Assembly (NCBI GenBank): GCA_016186795.1
Contig: JACPKY010000002.1
Span: forward strand, 90,593 to 154,592
Direction of reading: 5' to 3'
Origin: Candidatus Gottesmanbacteria bacterium
Lineage (GTDB): Bacteria > Patescibacteriota > Microgenomatia > 2-02-FULL-39-11
Length of the DNA: 64,000 nucleotides
The position numbers were made by a program, and so were the translations under genes. Below the pieces are notes generated by a model. It had not been told where the DNA came from and searched no databases. It saw nothing but the letters and a program-made list of their open reading frames with translations. Shown here one piece after another: positions 43,271 to 52,600 of this stretch; position 1 is the stretch's first letter; every line of letters starts with the position of its first letter.

Positions 43271-44338
43271 GTGTCAGCCATAGATTTACTTCTTACGGAT
43301 TTTTGCAACCAAAGTTGTCCCTTCTGTTTTGCCAGAAAAGAAATGGAATCCCCACTCAAAAAGTATATGACGTGGGAAGATTATCTTTTTATTACGGACG
43401 TATTGAAAAAAAACGAAATTTTTACCCTAAATCTACTTGGTGGTGAGCCGACAATCCATCCCTTTTTTCCCAAAATAATAAAGCATGCCCTGAAAAATTT
43501 TTTTAGTATCATGATTTATACAAACGGTATATTTCCTCCAAAGGTAACAGAAACTTTACGATCTCTCAATACTTCACGAATCAAAATCACATTTAATATA
43601 AGTACCCCAGGATTTATATCAAATCCCAAAATTCGAGATGCAGTCCTTGCAAACATTGAAGAGTTTGCTCCGAAAACTGAAGTCACGCTTGCCATCACTG
43701 ATGTTTTTCAGTCGCAAACGTTTGCTCAGTCGATTTTCTCCCACGTGAATGATTCGCTTCTCAAAAAGGTATATGCTCGGTTGGGATTTGCTTCTCCAAT
43801 TGCGGGTGAGGCAAATTACGTGACGCTTGATGATTTTCCAAACGTCGGAGAAAACTTTTGTGCAATTATAACCGATCTCGACCGGCGAGGTCCTCCAAAA
43901 GGGTATAAAGCTAACACAAGTCTTACTCCCTGTATGTTTAACGAGAAAGAGCGGCAATTTCTTGAAAATCACGAAGTGCGTCTTCACTCAGATTGTCATC
44001 TGGAGATCAATGACCGATGGTTTACTATTACCTCTGATCTTTCAACATTTAAGTGTTACCCACTTTCAATGAGGGAGAGGGGTAAAATTACAAAAAGCAA
44101 CGATTTACCGGCAATTCGAGACGCGTATACTGTGTTGCAGGAAAAATACCGTTCTGAATGGGTGTTACCAAAATGCAAAACGTGTCCATTCTATGGAATA
44201 GGAAAAGGGAAATGTTCAGGTCCTTGTTTGGCATTTCGCTATAATGCTTTAAAGCAGATGAAGAAAATCCCTATTGCAAACGAGGGCGACTTTGTAAAAG
44301 ATAACCCTTCTTTATTCCTTCAGTTACAAAATCAGTAA
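43271..44338 (+). CDS. Radical SAM protein with SPASM-like C-terminus (paralogue of 41089)
   Basis: CNQSCPFC, GGEP, YTNG; CKTC...CSGPC; GTG start. Confidence 0.9.
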   Translation: MSAIDLLLTDFCNQSCPFCFARKEMESPLKKYMTWEDYLFITDVLKKNEIFTLNLLGGEPTIHPFFPKIIKHALKNFFSIMIYTNGIFPPKVTETLRSLNTSRIKITFNISTPGFISNPKIRDAVLANIEEFAPKTEVTLAITDVFQSQTFAQSIFSHVNDSLLKKVYARLGFASPIAGEANYVTLDDFPNVGENFCAIITDLDRRGPPKGYKANTSLTPCMFNEKERQFLENHEVRLHSDCHLEINDRWFTITSDLSTFKCYPLSMRERGKITKSNDLPAIRDAYTVLQEKYRSEWVLPKCKTCPFYGIGKGKCSGPCLAFRYNALKQMKKIPIANEGDFVKDNPSLFLQLQNQ

Positions 44339-44585
44339 CATCCTCCCTCGCTTGATGCACAGAGATACCATAAACGTCCTCACATTTGCGGATAAGTGCA
44401 CTAAGAGGTCTTGGTTTCCAAAGATACTTCCATAGCATCTCCGCGCTTTCGTTGAGTGAATACCAGATGTCATTATCAAAATCAACAACAAGGAGGCATT
44501 CTTTTGTTTTTCTTACAAATGTTTTTGAATTTCGACTAATTACAGCGTTATCATGCATTACCATTTTCGTATCAATATAGTACAA
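44271..44585 (-). CDS. PqqD family / RiPP recognition element protein
   Basis: WYSLNESAEMLWKYL...YGISVHQAREDVTDFV...KGYL; true start may be a downstream Met. Confidence 0.85.
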   Translation of the reverse strand: MYYIDTKMVMHDNAVISRNSKTFVRKTKECLLVVDFDNDIWYSLNESAEMLWKYLWKPRPLSALIRKCEDVYGISVHQAREDVTDFVTEGIKKGYLLQSRPRLQ

Positions 44586-45361
44586 TGCAGCATATCAAGT
44601 ATGCAAGAAGAAATCTTCCCATGCTAGAGTGTAGTGTGAATTTAGGTATTCGGATACTGAATGTACATTTTGAAACTGAAAAGTTTTATTTTGCTTTTGA
44701 GAAAATATTTCTCTGTACCCCTCCCGTAAAAAATCCGTGGTTTTCCATTTTCATCCGAAAAAGTAAAAAAATACAGAGTAATATCGATATTTCAAAAAAA
44801 CTCGCCGAATTATACTATTGCAACAATAAAGCTTTTCCGTTTACGAAAGCTGTAACTTCTTTCTTCTCATATCTTCTTTACACGCAAGACGTACTCGTTT
44901 TTCATGCTTCATCCGTTGTCAAAAATGACGGAGCAGTTCTTTTCTGTGGAGAACAGGGAGTTGGGAAAACAACTGTATCGGTGATGAGCGGTTTGCCGCG
45001 GTATTCCGATGACGCAGCATTTATAAGGAAATCCGGAAATACATTTCTCCTTTACCCTACACCGTTTGAAACAAGCAAAATATACGCTCGTCTCAGGAAA
45101 CCATTGAAAATCCGCTGTCTGTATTTTCTCCACCAAGGGTCAAGAAATATCGTGAATCGCATGCATCCGTATGAGAGTGTCATTTATGCATCAAGGAATT
45201 TATTTAGTAATTTTCTGAATGTTTCGAATCAAGCGGTACAGAAAGCATGTTATACTTTACTATCTGATTTTGTAGGGAATGTTCCTATGAGACAGCTATA
45301 TTTTAATCGAGATATTGGGTTTCTACAGTCACTTCTTGAGAAGAATGAAGGTAAAATATGA
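44585..45361 (+). CDS. HprK-related P-loop kinase
   Basis: FHASSV...LFCGEQGVGKTT...SDD...PTPF. Confidence 0.82.
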   Translation: MQHIKYARRNLPMLECSVNLGIRILNVHFETEKFYFAFEKIFLCTPPVKNPWFSIFIRKSKKIQSNIDISKKLAELYYCNNKAFPFTKAVTSFFSYLLYTQDVLVFHASSVVKNDGAVLFCGEQGVGKTTVSVMSGLPRYSDDAAFIRKSGNTFLLYPTPFETSKIYARLRKPLKIRCLYFLHQGSRNIVNRMHPYESVIYASRNLFSNFLNVSNQAVQKACYTLLSDFVGNVPMRQLYFNRDIGFLQSLLEKNEGKI

Positions 45362-45645
45362 GGAAAAAAATGTATAAAAGAAAACCTAACACTCTCTTCC
45401 GTCAAATTGGAAACGAATTCATATTTATTGACTACGGGGAGAGCCGATTTTATTCCCTCAACATAGTTGCATCACGTATCCTACAAATGCTTGGTTCTCC
45501 TAAAGATGTTTACCAAATTTCCGAACGGGTGTCGTTGGAATTTGAAGTTCCATACAAAAAACTTCTTCAAGATATACGAAGCTTTTTGCAGGTGGCTGTT
45601 AAACGGGGTTTGGTGAAAGAAGTTTTTATTACCGAATCCGAGTAA
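45358..45645 (+). CDS. PqqD family / RiPP recognition element protein
   Basis: FRQIGNE, FYSLNIVASRILQML, EFEV, DIRSFL, GLV. Confidence 0.85.
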   Translation: MRKKMYKRKPNTLFRQIGNEFIFIDYGESRFYSLNIVASRILQMLGSPKDVYQISERVSLEFEVPYKKLLQDIRSFLQVAVKRGLVKEVFITESE

Positions 45646-46234
45646 CTGTTTCTTTGCTCATTTTACTTGTTAGAACATTTCCTACCTCTTCTATTTCTAC
45701 ATAATCGCCTACCGCCAGATCTTGAGCGGTTATTTCTGTAATCAATCCAGTCGTACTATCTTTTGAGTAAAAAGAAATAGAAACTTGCGAGGTTTGAACT
45801 ACGTATGGGTACGTACTGGCCTTTGTTTGTGGGTCTTCAATCTGTAAGAGGAAAAAATGTTCTTTTGGTTTTCCCTGCAGTGTCACTGTGGCATCTGTAT
45901 CGATTCTAGTGATTTTACCAGCAAGTGTATATGATATTGTGCCTTCCTTAACAAGCGATGCGTCAGAATTGGTAAGGACATCGGTAAGACTTCGAATAAA
46001 TTCGAGTTTTCCGGCAGGATTTCCAACTGTTACGTCAGCTGGCTTTGACTGAACAACGACACTTGATTGATCAATGGAGTTAATTGGTGGTGGGGTTGGT
46101 ATTGTACTTTCCTGGGGAATTCCCGGAACAAGCTTATTTCCAAAGGTGCTATTGTAATTTACGCCTGCGTATAAACCTATTTCGAAGACGATAACTAAAA
46201 CAAGAAGAATAAAAACCCCGTAGAGCAGTTTCAT
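45629..46234 (-). CDS. Membrane-anchored extracytoplasmic hypothetical protein
   Basis: N-terminal TM, PTPPP linker, beta-rich domain. Confidence 0.7.
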   Translation of the reverse strand: MKLLYGVFILLVLVIVFEIGLYAGVNYNSTFGNKLVPGIPQESTIPTPPPINSIDQSSVVVQSKPADVTVGNPAGKLEFIRSLTDVLTNSDASLVKEGTISYTLAGKITRIDTDATVTLQGKPKEHFFLLQIEDPQTKASTYPYVVQTSQVSISFYSKDSTTGLITEITAQDLAVGDYVEIEEVGNVLTSKMSKETVTRIR

Positions 46235-46238
46235 GATA

Positions 46239-46334
46239 TTAGTACGAGTTTAAAATCGGTGTGTTTTGAACACTTTTGAGAATTTTTGGTTTTTCGTACT
46301 TCTTTTTTGCTTTAAAGCTTCGCTGCTTTTTCAT
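46239..46334 (-). CDS. Putative RiPP precursor peptide B (31 aa)
   Basis: Hand translation MKKQRSFKAKKKYEKPKILKSVQNTPILNSY*; KKYEKPKI leader-like motif. Confidence 0.72.
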   Translation of the reverse strand: MKKQRSFKAKKKYEKPKILKSVQNTPILNSY

Positions 46335-46356
46335 AGCAATTCATAGGTATAAAAAC

Positions 46357-46385
46357 AGTGTATCGAGGCTTTCAACTGTTGTCAA
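46357..46385 (-). promoter_or_regulatory. Sigma70-type promoter for peptide B
   Basis: Minus strand TTGACA-17 bp-TACACT. Confidence 0.65.
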
Positions 46386-46453
46386 GATGGAATTCAGAGG
46401 GTAAAATGAGCATAATACATTAGGATTTGAAATCCAGTATATACTATATTTCT

Positions 46454-47263
46454 ATGATCCGTCGCTTCAAAACGATTCATGGACTCCTCGTAGTCACCGT
46501 TCTTCTTGGGATTTTTGCTGCGGGATACTATTTTTACTTTCGAGTAAGAGAAAGCACAACAGTATTTGCTACCGTTACCATCATCAGACCGGAGGATGTT
46601 TCGACTCAGGCGCCATTTAATTGGACTCATGACTGGATAGCCAGGGAAATAAGAGTCGGAGATCGCGAAATTTCACCTTTTGGTGAAGTGAAGGCACAGG
46701 TTTACGATGTAAATTCGTACGAAGGTGGGTTTGATGGGAGATTTGTCTATGTCGTATTGAAAATGAACACCATAAGAGATAGGAGTGGTCAGTACCTATA
46801 TAAGAATAAACCTATAAGTGTAGGATCCCTTATCGATGTCAAGTTAAATTCAACAGCGTTTAAAGCATATGTTATCGCTGTTGGTAAAAATCCCCCTCAA
46901 TCTACATCAAAATTACTTATCGTGAACTTATATGGAAAGCGGATTGATTGGTGGATAGCTGAGAATTTGAAACTAGGATCCGAAATTGTCGATGGAAATG
47001 GGAAAGTAATTGGCAAAATTATTAAGTATTCCTCAGTCCCCTCTTATTCGGGAGGCATACAGACAGATCCAGATCCGCAAAAAAGAGATCTCTATCTCCA
47101 AATGAAGATTCTTGTGAGAGATTTTCATGGGACGTACTATTTTGAAGAGGAACAAAAAGTGAAGGTTCATGAGAGACTTTTTCTCCCGTTTCGCGAACTC
47201 AATATCGAGGAGTTATTTGTTACATCTATCGGTGATGTACTGGAAGCTCAAACAATAGATTAA
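46454..47263 (+). CDS. Membrane-anchored protein with two similar beta domains (DUF4330-like)
   Basis: N-terminal TM; repeated WIAREIRVGD / WIAENLKLGS halves; ATG 46454 preferred to TTG 46427. Confidence 0.55.
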   Translation: MIRRFKTIHGLLVVTVLLGIFAAGYYFYFRVRESTTVFATVTIIRPEDVSTQAPFNWTHDWIAREIRVGDREISPFGEVKAQVYDVNSYEGGFDGRFVYVVLKMNTIRDRSGQYLYKNKPISVGSLIDVKLNSTAFKAYVIAVGKNPPQSTSKLLIVNLYGKRIDWWIAENLKLGSEIVDGNGKVIGKIIKYSSVPSYSGGIQTDPDPQKRDLYLQMKILVRDFHGTYYFEEEQKVKVHERLFLPFRELNIEELFVTSIGDVLEAQTID

Positions 47264-47267
47264 TTTT

Positions 47268-47717
47268 TCAAAAAAGTGCAAGTCGAAGAAGTATTTTTCT
47301 CCCCCGAAGTATTTTTGTCATCACTCTTCTGAACCATGCTGGTCCTACAGAAGTGCAGATTGAATAAAAGAAAAAATACCACTTAATATATTTGAAATAC
47401 AAAGAAGAAAGTTTGAGGGTGCCGTACTTTCCATCAATTCGCTCAAGAATTCCCACGATATGTTCATGGGTGATCGGGGGGTCGCGATACGGAGTATTAT
47501 CTCCTTTTGTTTGAAGGTACTTACCGTAAATCTTTAGTATTCTATGCCCGATAAGGTGACTATCTTGATAGTACACCACAATATCTGCAAGATTAAAATT
47601 CTTCCGTGACGGTTTAACGAAGAGTTTATCCCCCGCATTCATCAATGGTGCCATACTCTCCCCGCTTGCTTTTCCAATATAGAGTGCGTTTGTATGGTGT
47701 TTTATCTTTTCTTCCAT
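47268..47717 (-). CDS. S24/S26 signal-peptidase-like protein lacking an N-terminal anchor
   Basis: GESMAPL..GD, IGHRI, TKGDN (Ser-His type). Confidence 0.85.
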   Translation of the reverse strand: MEEKIKHHTNALYIGKASGESMAPLMNAGDKLFVKPSRKNFNLADIVVYYQDSHLIGHRILKIYGKYLQTKGDNTPYRDPPITHEHIVGILERIDGKYGTLKLSSLYFKYIKWYFFFYSICTSVGPAWFRRVMTKILRGRKILLRLALF

Positions 47718-47779
47718 AGTCTATCTGCCTTCTAGGTATTTTCCGAAAAGTTGCATCATGTTAGTATAAGAGAAACGGT

Positions 47780-49570
47780 ATGATTTTCCTAGGACTTGCT
47801 GCTCTTTTTTTCCTTCCGATAATCGAGTCATTTTCGCGAGATTTTGGGTTTTTGATTCTCATCTTTGGCACTGTTTGTATAACTCTTGATCATATTTTGA
47901 AGCGGAGAGAACCGCGCGGGTGGATTCCCTTTTTATTTTTTCTTACTCTTGTAAGTTTTATTCCATCGCTTTTTTATTCTATCTCTATTGAGCGGAGTTT
48001 ATGGGAATTTACGCGCTATGTTTCGTACTTTTTACTATTTTTGTCCTTTTATACCTATTCAAACAAAGATGTCTTATGCCGCTATTTTCTTATTCCAATG
48101 GTTTGTGTTAACAGTATCATTTTATCAATACTGTGGGTGATGTTTTCATTTCTTCCTCAAGAATTTAGCACACAAATATCGGGGATGAATCTTTTCTTTC
48201 CCACTTTTGGACACAACAGAATTTCGGAACTGTATATCTTCTCACTTCCCACATTTCTTTTTTTATGGTTTACAAGTGATAGGAAAAGAAAATATGTATA
48301 TCTTTTCTTTTCCATCTCCACTTTTATCCTACTTGTTTTTACCCAATCACGAGGCTCAATGATAGCACTTTCTATTTCCTTTTTTCTCTATATTCTGCTT
48401 TCAACCAAAGCAAGAAATACTCTGCCTCATTTCATCTCCAATGTATTTAGTAGACTTCTTTCCTCTGCGGGGATTTTGATTAGTGTTACGGTAGTTTTTT
48501 TAATTGCAAGTTTTGCTTATTCACATTTCTTTGTCGCACCAGGAAACGATTATAGTGCCATCAAGGGATTTTATAAACCTCTCTGGAACGAGCGAAGAAT
48601 TGAATACATAAATCATGGCTTTGCGGGATTTCAAAAATCACCGATTGTTGGTACTGGACTTGAGACATTCCGATATGTTTCACTGATGTTTCAAACTGAG
48701 AAAGATCATTGGTCGTGGTATCTTCATAATCATATTCTGGAATTGTTTATTGAGACCGGAATTTTGGGAGGAGTACTTTTTTTATCTTTGATACTAATTC
48801 TACTATTTCAAGTGAACCGCTCCGTACAACACTCTCTTGATCAATTTGGTGTTCTACTTCCTCATGCGCTTTTTATATCTCTTATGGCATCTGGCATCCA
48901 CTCCTTTTTAGACTACGACTGGCACTTTCTATCACTATTTCTTCTCTTTTGGGCTTCTGCAGGAATACTAATTGGAAATAAAAATACACTGAAAATTTGG
49001 CATTCAAGACTTTCAGTTATCAGTTTGTGTATTCTTTTTGGGTTAACTGTGGCCCTCTTCATACTACCAAAAAGTAAGAATGTTATCGAAAAGAGTGCTG
49101 ATCTTCTTGAGGAAAAGAAAGAAGATGAAGCTCTTCAACTTCTTCTTTCTGCCTACACATTTGATCGTGCAAATGGAGATATTTCTGTTAAAATCGCTGA
49201 TATATATTCTGAGAAAGGAGATTGGGAAAATGCGCATCTCTGGTACCAGCGGGCAATTATTTTACAGCCATTCTATCAGAAATATTCACTCATGCAAGAT
49301 ATCGTTGTATATCTTGATGAAGCAGAGAGCGCATTGGGCCAATCTTCTTTTCAGGAAGCGCAATATACAATAAGAAAAGCGAAAGTAATTTATCCGTACA
49401 TTTACCGGCTGCAGACTTCTACTATTGATACGCTTTCTACTTCCGAGTTTGAAGAGCTGATTAAGTCGTTGAAGAAAGAGAGTCAACAATGGGACCCATC
49501 GGACATGGAGATACTCGTTTCTGTTGATACTATTTACTCGTTGAACCCCGAAGCGTCTTTATGGCAATAA
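47780..49570 (+). CDS. O-antigen ligase/O-oligosaccharyltransferase-like protein with TPR
   Basis: TQSRGS, PIVGTGLETF, HNHILELFIETGILG; TPR tail. Confidence 0.85.
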   Translation: MIFLGLAALFFLPIIESFSRDFGFLILIFGTVCITLDHILKRREPRGWIPFLFFLTLVSFIPSLFYSISIERSLWEFTRYVSYFLLFLSFYTYSNKDVLCRYFLIPMVCVNSIILSILWVMFSFLPQEFSTQISGMNLFFPTFGHNRISELYIFSLPTFLFLWFTSDRKRKYVYLFFSISTFILLVFTQSRGSMIALSISFFLYILLSTKARNTLPHFISNVFSRLLSSAGILISVTVVFLIASFAYSHFFVAPGNDYSAIKGFYKPLWNERRIEYINHGFAGFQKSPIVGTGLETFRYVSLMFQTEKDHWSWYLHNHILELFIETGILGGVLFLSLILILLFQVNRSVQHSLDQFGVLLPHALFISLMASGIHSFLDYDWHFLSLFLLFWASAGILIGNKNTLKIWHSRLSVISLCILFGLTVALFILPKSKNVIEKSADLLEEKKEDEALQLLLSAYTFDRANGDISVKIADIYSEKGDWENAHLWYQRAIILQPFYQKYSLMQDIVVYLDEAESALGQSSFQEAQYTIRKAKVIYPYIYRLQTSTIDTLSTSEFEELIKSLKKESQQWDPSDMEILVSVDTIYSLNPEASLWQ

Positions 49571-49586
49571 TCTCCTTTTTGATGAA

Positions 49587-49614
49587 TTGACAAAGGAGTT
49601 GGGTTTGTTATTCT
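49587..49614 (+). promoter_or_regulatory. Sigma70-type promoter, probably giving a leaderless mRNA
   Basis: TTGACA-16 bp-TATTCT, 6 nt before ATG 49621. Confidence 0.6.
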
Positions 49615-49620
49615 TAAAGT

Positions 49621-52600
49621 ATGTCGCTTGCTAAAATTTTTGCGGCTCTTATTTTCGTATGGATTGCTTTTTCGACCCTTGATATTTTCACCCCCGATAA
49701 AAACTGGTTTAGCCAATCTGCTTCTGCTCAATATTGTACATCAACTTCGCTTCAGTCACCTCCCGATATTGGATATTCAACAAGTTATGCCCAGCAAACA
49801 ATTCTGAATGGTATGAATACCGGAGATGATGCTGCCTCTATAGGAAGTAAAAATATGAATGGATATTATCCAACGGCTTGGCAGGTTCCACGAGATATAC
49901 AAGTAATCATGGTTCGGGCAAATATCACACCAGATATCGATGGACTAGATATTTATGACGGTATTCCAACCACATTTTATATAAAAGCCAATAACGCGCT
50001 TGATGCACGTGCGTATGCATATAGAATAAATTCAATACCTCTTGGGGTTCAGCATGCGATTCGAACTCACTGGGACGGTAACGCTTCATACTGTGCTTCT
50101 ACATCGACTCAGTGGTCGTATTTTACCCGGTTTAACCCTGGGTATCACCAGAGTTGCACCGCTTGGAGCGCGTGTAGTAACTCTTGTGGTACTGGTACAC
50201 AGACCAGGACCTGTTCATGCTATCGAGATACCGACAATGGCCAAGTTGACAACTCTTGGTGTGGAGACCCTTCCGAATCCCAATCATGTACGGATTACTC
50301 CGGTTGTGGTCCTTGCACGGTTTCAAACCAATCCCCAACATCTGGTTGTTTTGACTATGACCCTACTTATAGTTTGAGTATGGGTGGAGTTGGTGCAAGT
50401 CGTGCACAATTTCATATAGACACATCCAGTCCTCCTAATTCTCCATATACATGTGATAGCGGAATAACGACATCTTCCACCTATAATTGCTCACTGGCAA
50501 CAGGAAGTTATCGGTGGAATGCAGAAGTATCATCAATTCAAGGATGTACAGATTCTGGATTTTTACCATCAGCAGGATATGCCTATAGTATTGATAAAAC
50601 AGCTCCTCCAGTCCCTTCTGGACTGAATATTGTTTGTAATCCCAATGGTACTGTTACAGCTAGCTGGAATGCTGTGAGTGACACAGGGTGCGGTGGAATG
50701 TCCACCACCCCTTACTGGTCTCAGATCTCTACGAGTGCTACTTTTTCGTCAGTTCCTGATTGGTATAACAGCTGGATAAATGAAACCTCAAGAACAAGCT
50801 CGACAACCTTTGCACCAGGAACCACAGTCTATGCGCATGTAAGAAGCCGGGATTCATTGGATAATCAGTCTTCCTGGAGTGCAAATGATTCGTGTACGTT
50901 TCCATTACCTACCAATACCCCAACGCCAACCCGAACCCCAACTCCAACTCCAACGAGAACGCCGACTCCGACACTACCTCCATGCTCACTATCAAACCAA
51001 CTCCCCCTCTCTGGTTGTTATGGCACAGATCCTACATATTCCGCCACTCTCGGAGGTGGTGCCAATAGAATCCAATTCCATGTAGATACAAGTTCTCCTC
51101 CGAATAGTCCGTATATCTGTGATAGTGGGGTCACTGCATCAACTTCATATTCCTGTACATTAGGAACAGGTACGTACTATTGGAATGCGCAAGCAAGTTC
51201 CTCTACAGGATCGTGTACAACCTCTGCCTATGTTCCTGTAAATGGCTACTCAGTAAGTGTTGATAAAATAGCACCAATTATTCCTCTCCCGAATATTGTA
51301 TGTAACACGAATGGGACAGTAAGTGTTTCCTGGGGGGCAGTAAGCGATGCAGGCTGTGGAGGGATGTCTTCTACTCCCTATTGGTCTCAAATTTCCACCG
51401 ATCCCGCTTTTGGGACAGTTCCAGACTGGTATAATAGTTGGATCAATGAGACGTCACGTACTAGTACAACGACATTTGCAGCTGGAACGATAGTCTATGC
51501 GCATGTAAGAAGCCGAGATATCTTTGATAATCAATCACCATGGAGCCCAAATGATAATTGTACTTTTCCTACACCTACTCCAACTCGAACTCCAACACCG
51601 ACCCCCACCCGGACACCTACTCCTACTGCTACCAGAACTCCAACTCCAACACCACTTGTCGGCTGTTGGGGAGCATGTACCGGTGACGCACAGTGTGCTT
51701 CTGGGAACTGTGATCCCTTCCTCCTCCAATGTACCGGCGGATCATGTCCAACGGCAACACCAACGATTACGCCGACTCGTACTCCTACTCCAACACCTAC
51801 AAGGACACCAACACCTACTGCTACCAGAACTCCAACACCAACTCCCACAAGAACTCCAACTCCGACACCTTTAATCCAATGTTTGGGGTCTTGTACTGCT
51901 GACGAAGAGTGTGCCTCGGGCAATTGCGACCCCTTCTATCTCCAATGTACCTCCGGTCCAGGAGGACCATGTCCGACATTTACGCCTTCCCCTACTAATA
52001 CTCCCACTCCCACCCCAACCCGGACACCAACCCCTACTCCTACCCGAACTCCGACACCAACGCCAACTGCAACTAGAACACCAACGCCAACACCGACAAT
52101 TACTCCAACACCAACTCCAACATCTGTTGCATGTTGGGGTGCCTGTACAGGAGATGCCCAGTGTGCATCCGGAAACTGCGACCCGTTCCTTTTGCAATGT
52201 ACCGGTGGGTCATGTCCAACGGCAACACCGACAATTACTCCAACGAGAACACCAACGCCAACTGCAACCAGAACACCAACGCCAACTGCAACCAGAACCC
52301 CAACGCCAACGAATACACCGACCCCAACGAATACTCCAACTCCAACGCCGGCTGCTTGTAACGACAGCTGTACCGGAAATGAACAATGTTTATCAGAATA
52401 TTGCTATCCATTTACTCTGTCGTGTAGAAATATTAGTTGTCCTGATAATACAAACTGTATTTGTGGACCAACACCCACAGCTACCCCCACGAATACGCCG
52501 ATACCAACAAATACACCAACGCCGACAGTTACTCCAACCCCAGGATTTGGGCAGTGCAGTGGTGCGTGCACTTCCGATGTCGATTGTTCGGGCTCAACCG

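Noticed and set aside
41089-44338. Queuosine/deazaguanine pathway (QueC plus QueE)
   Set aside because: The rSAMs are longer than QueE and carry SPASM-like Cys tails; no queD, folE, queF, tgt or dpdA in the window
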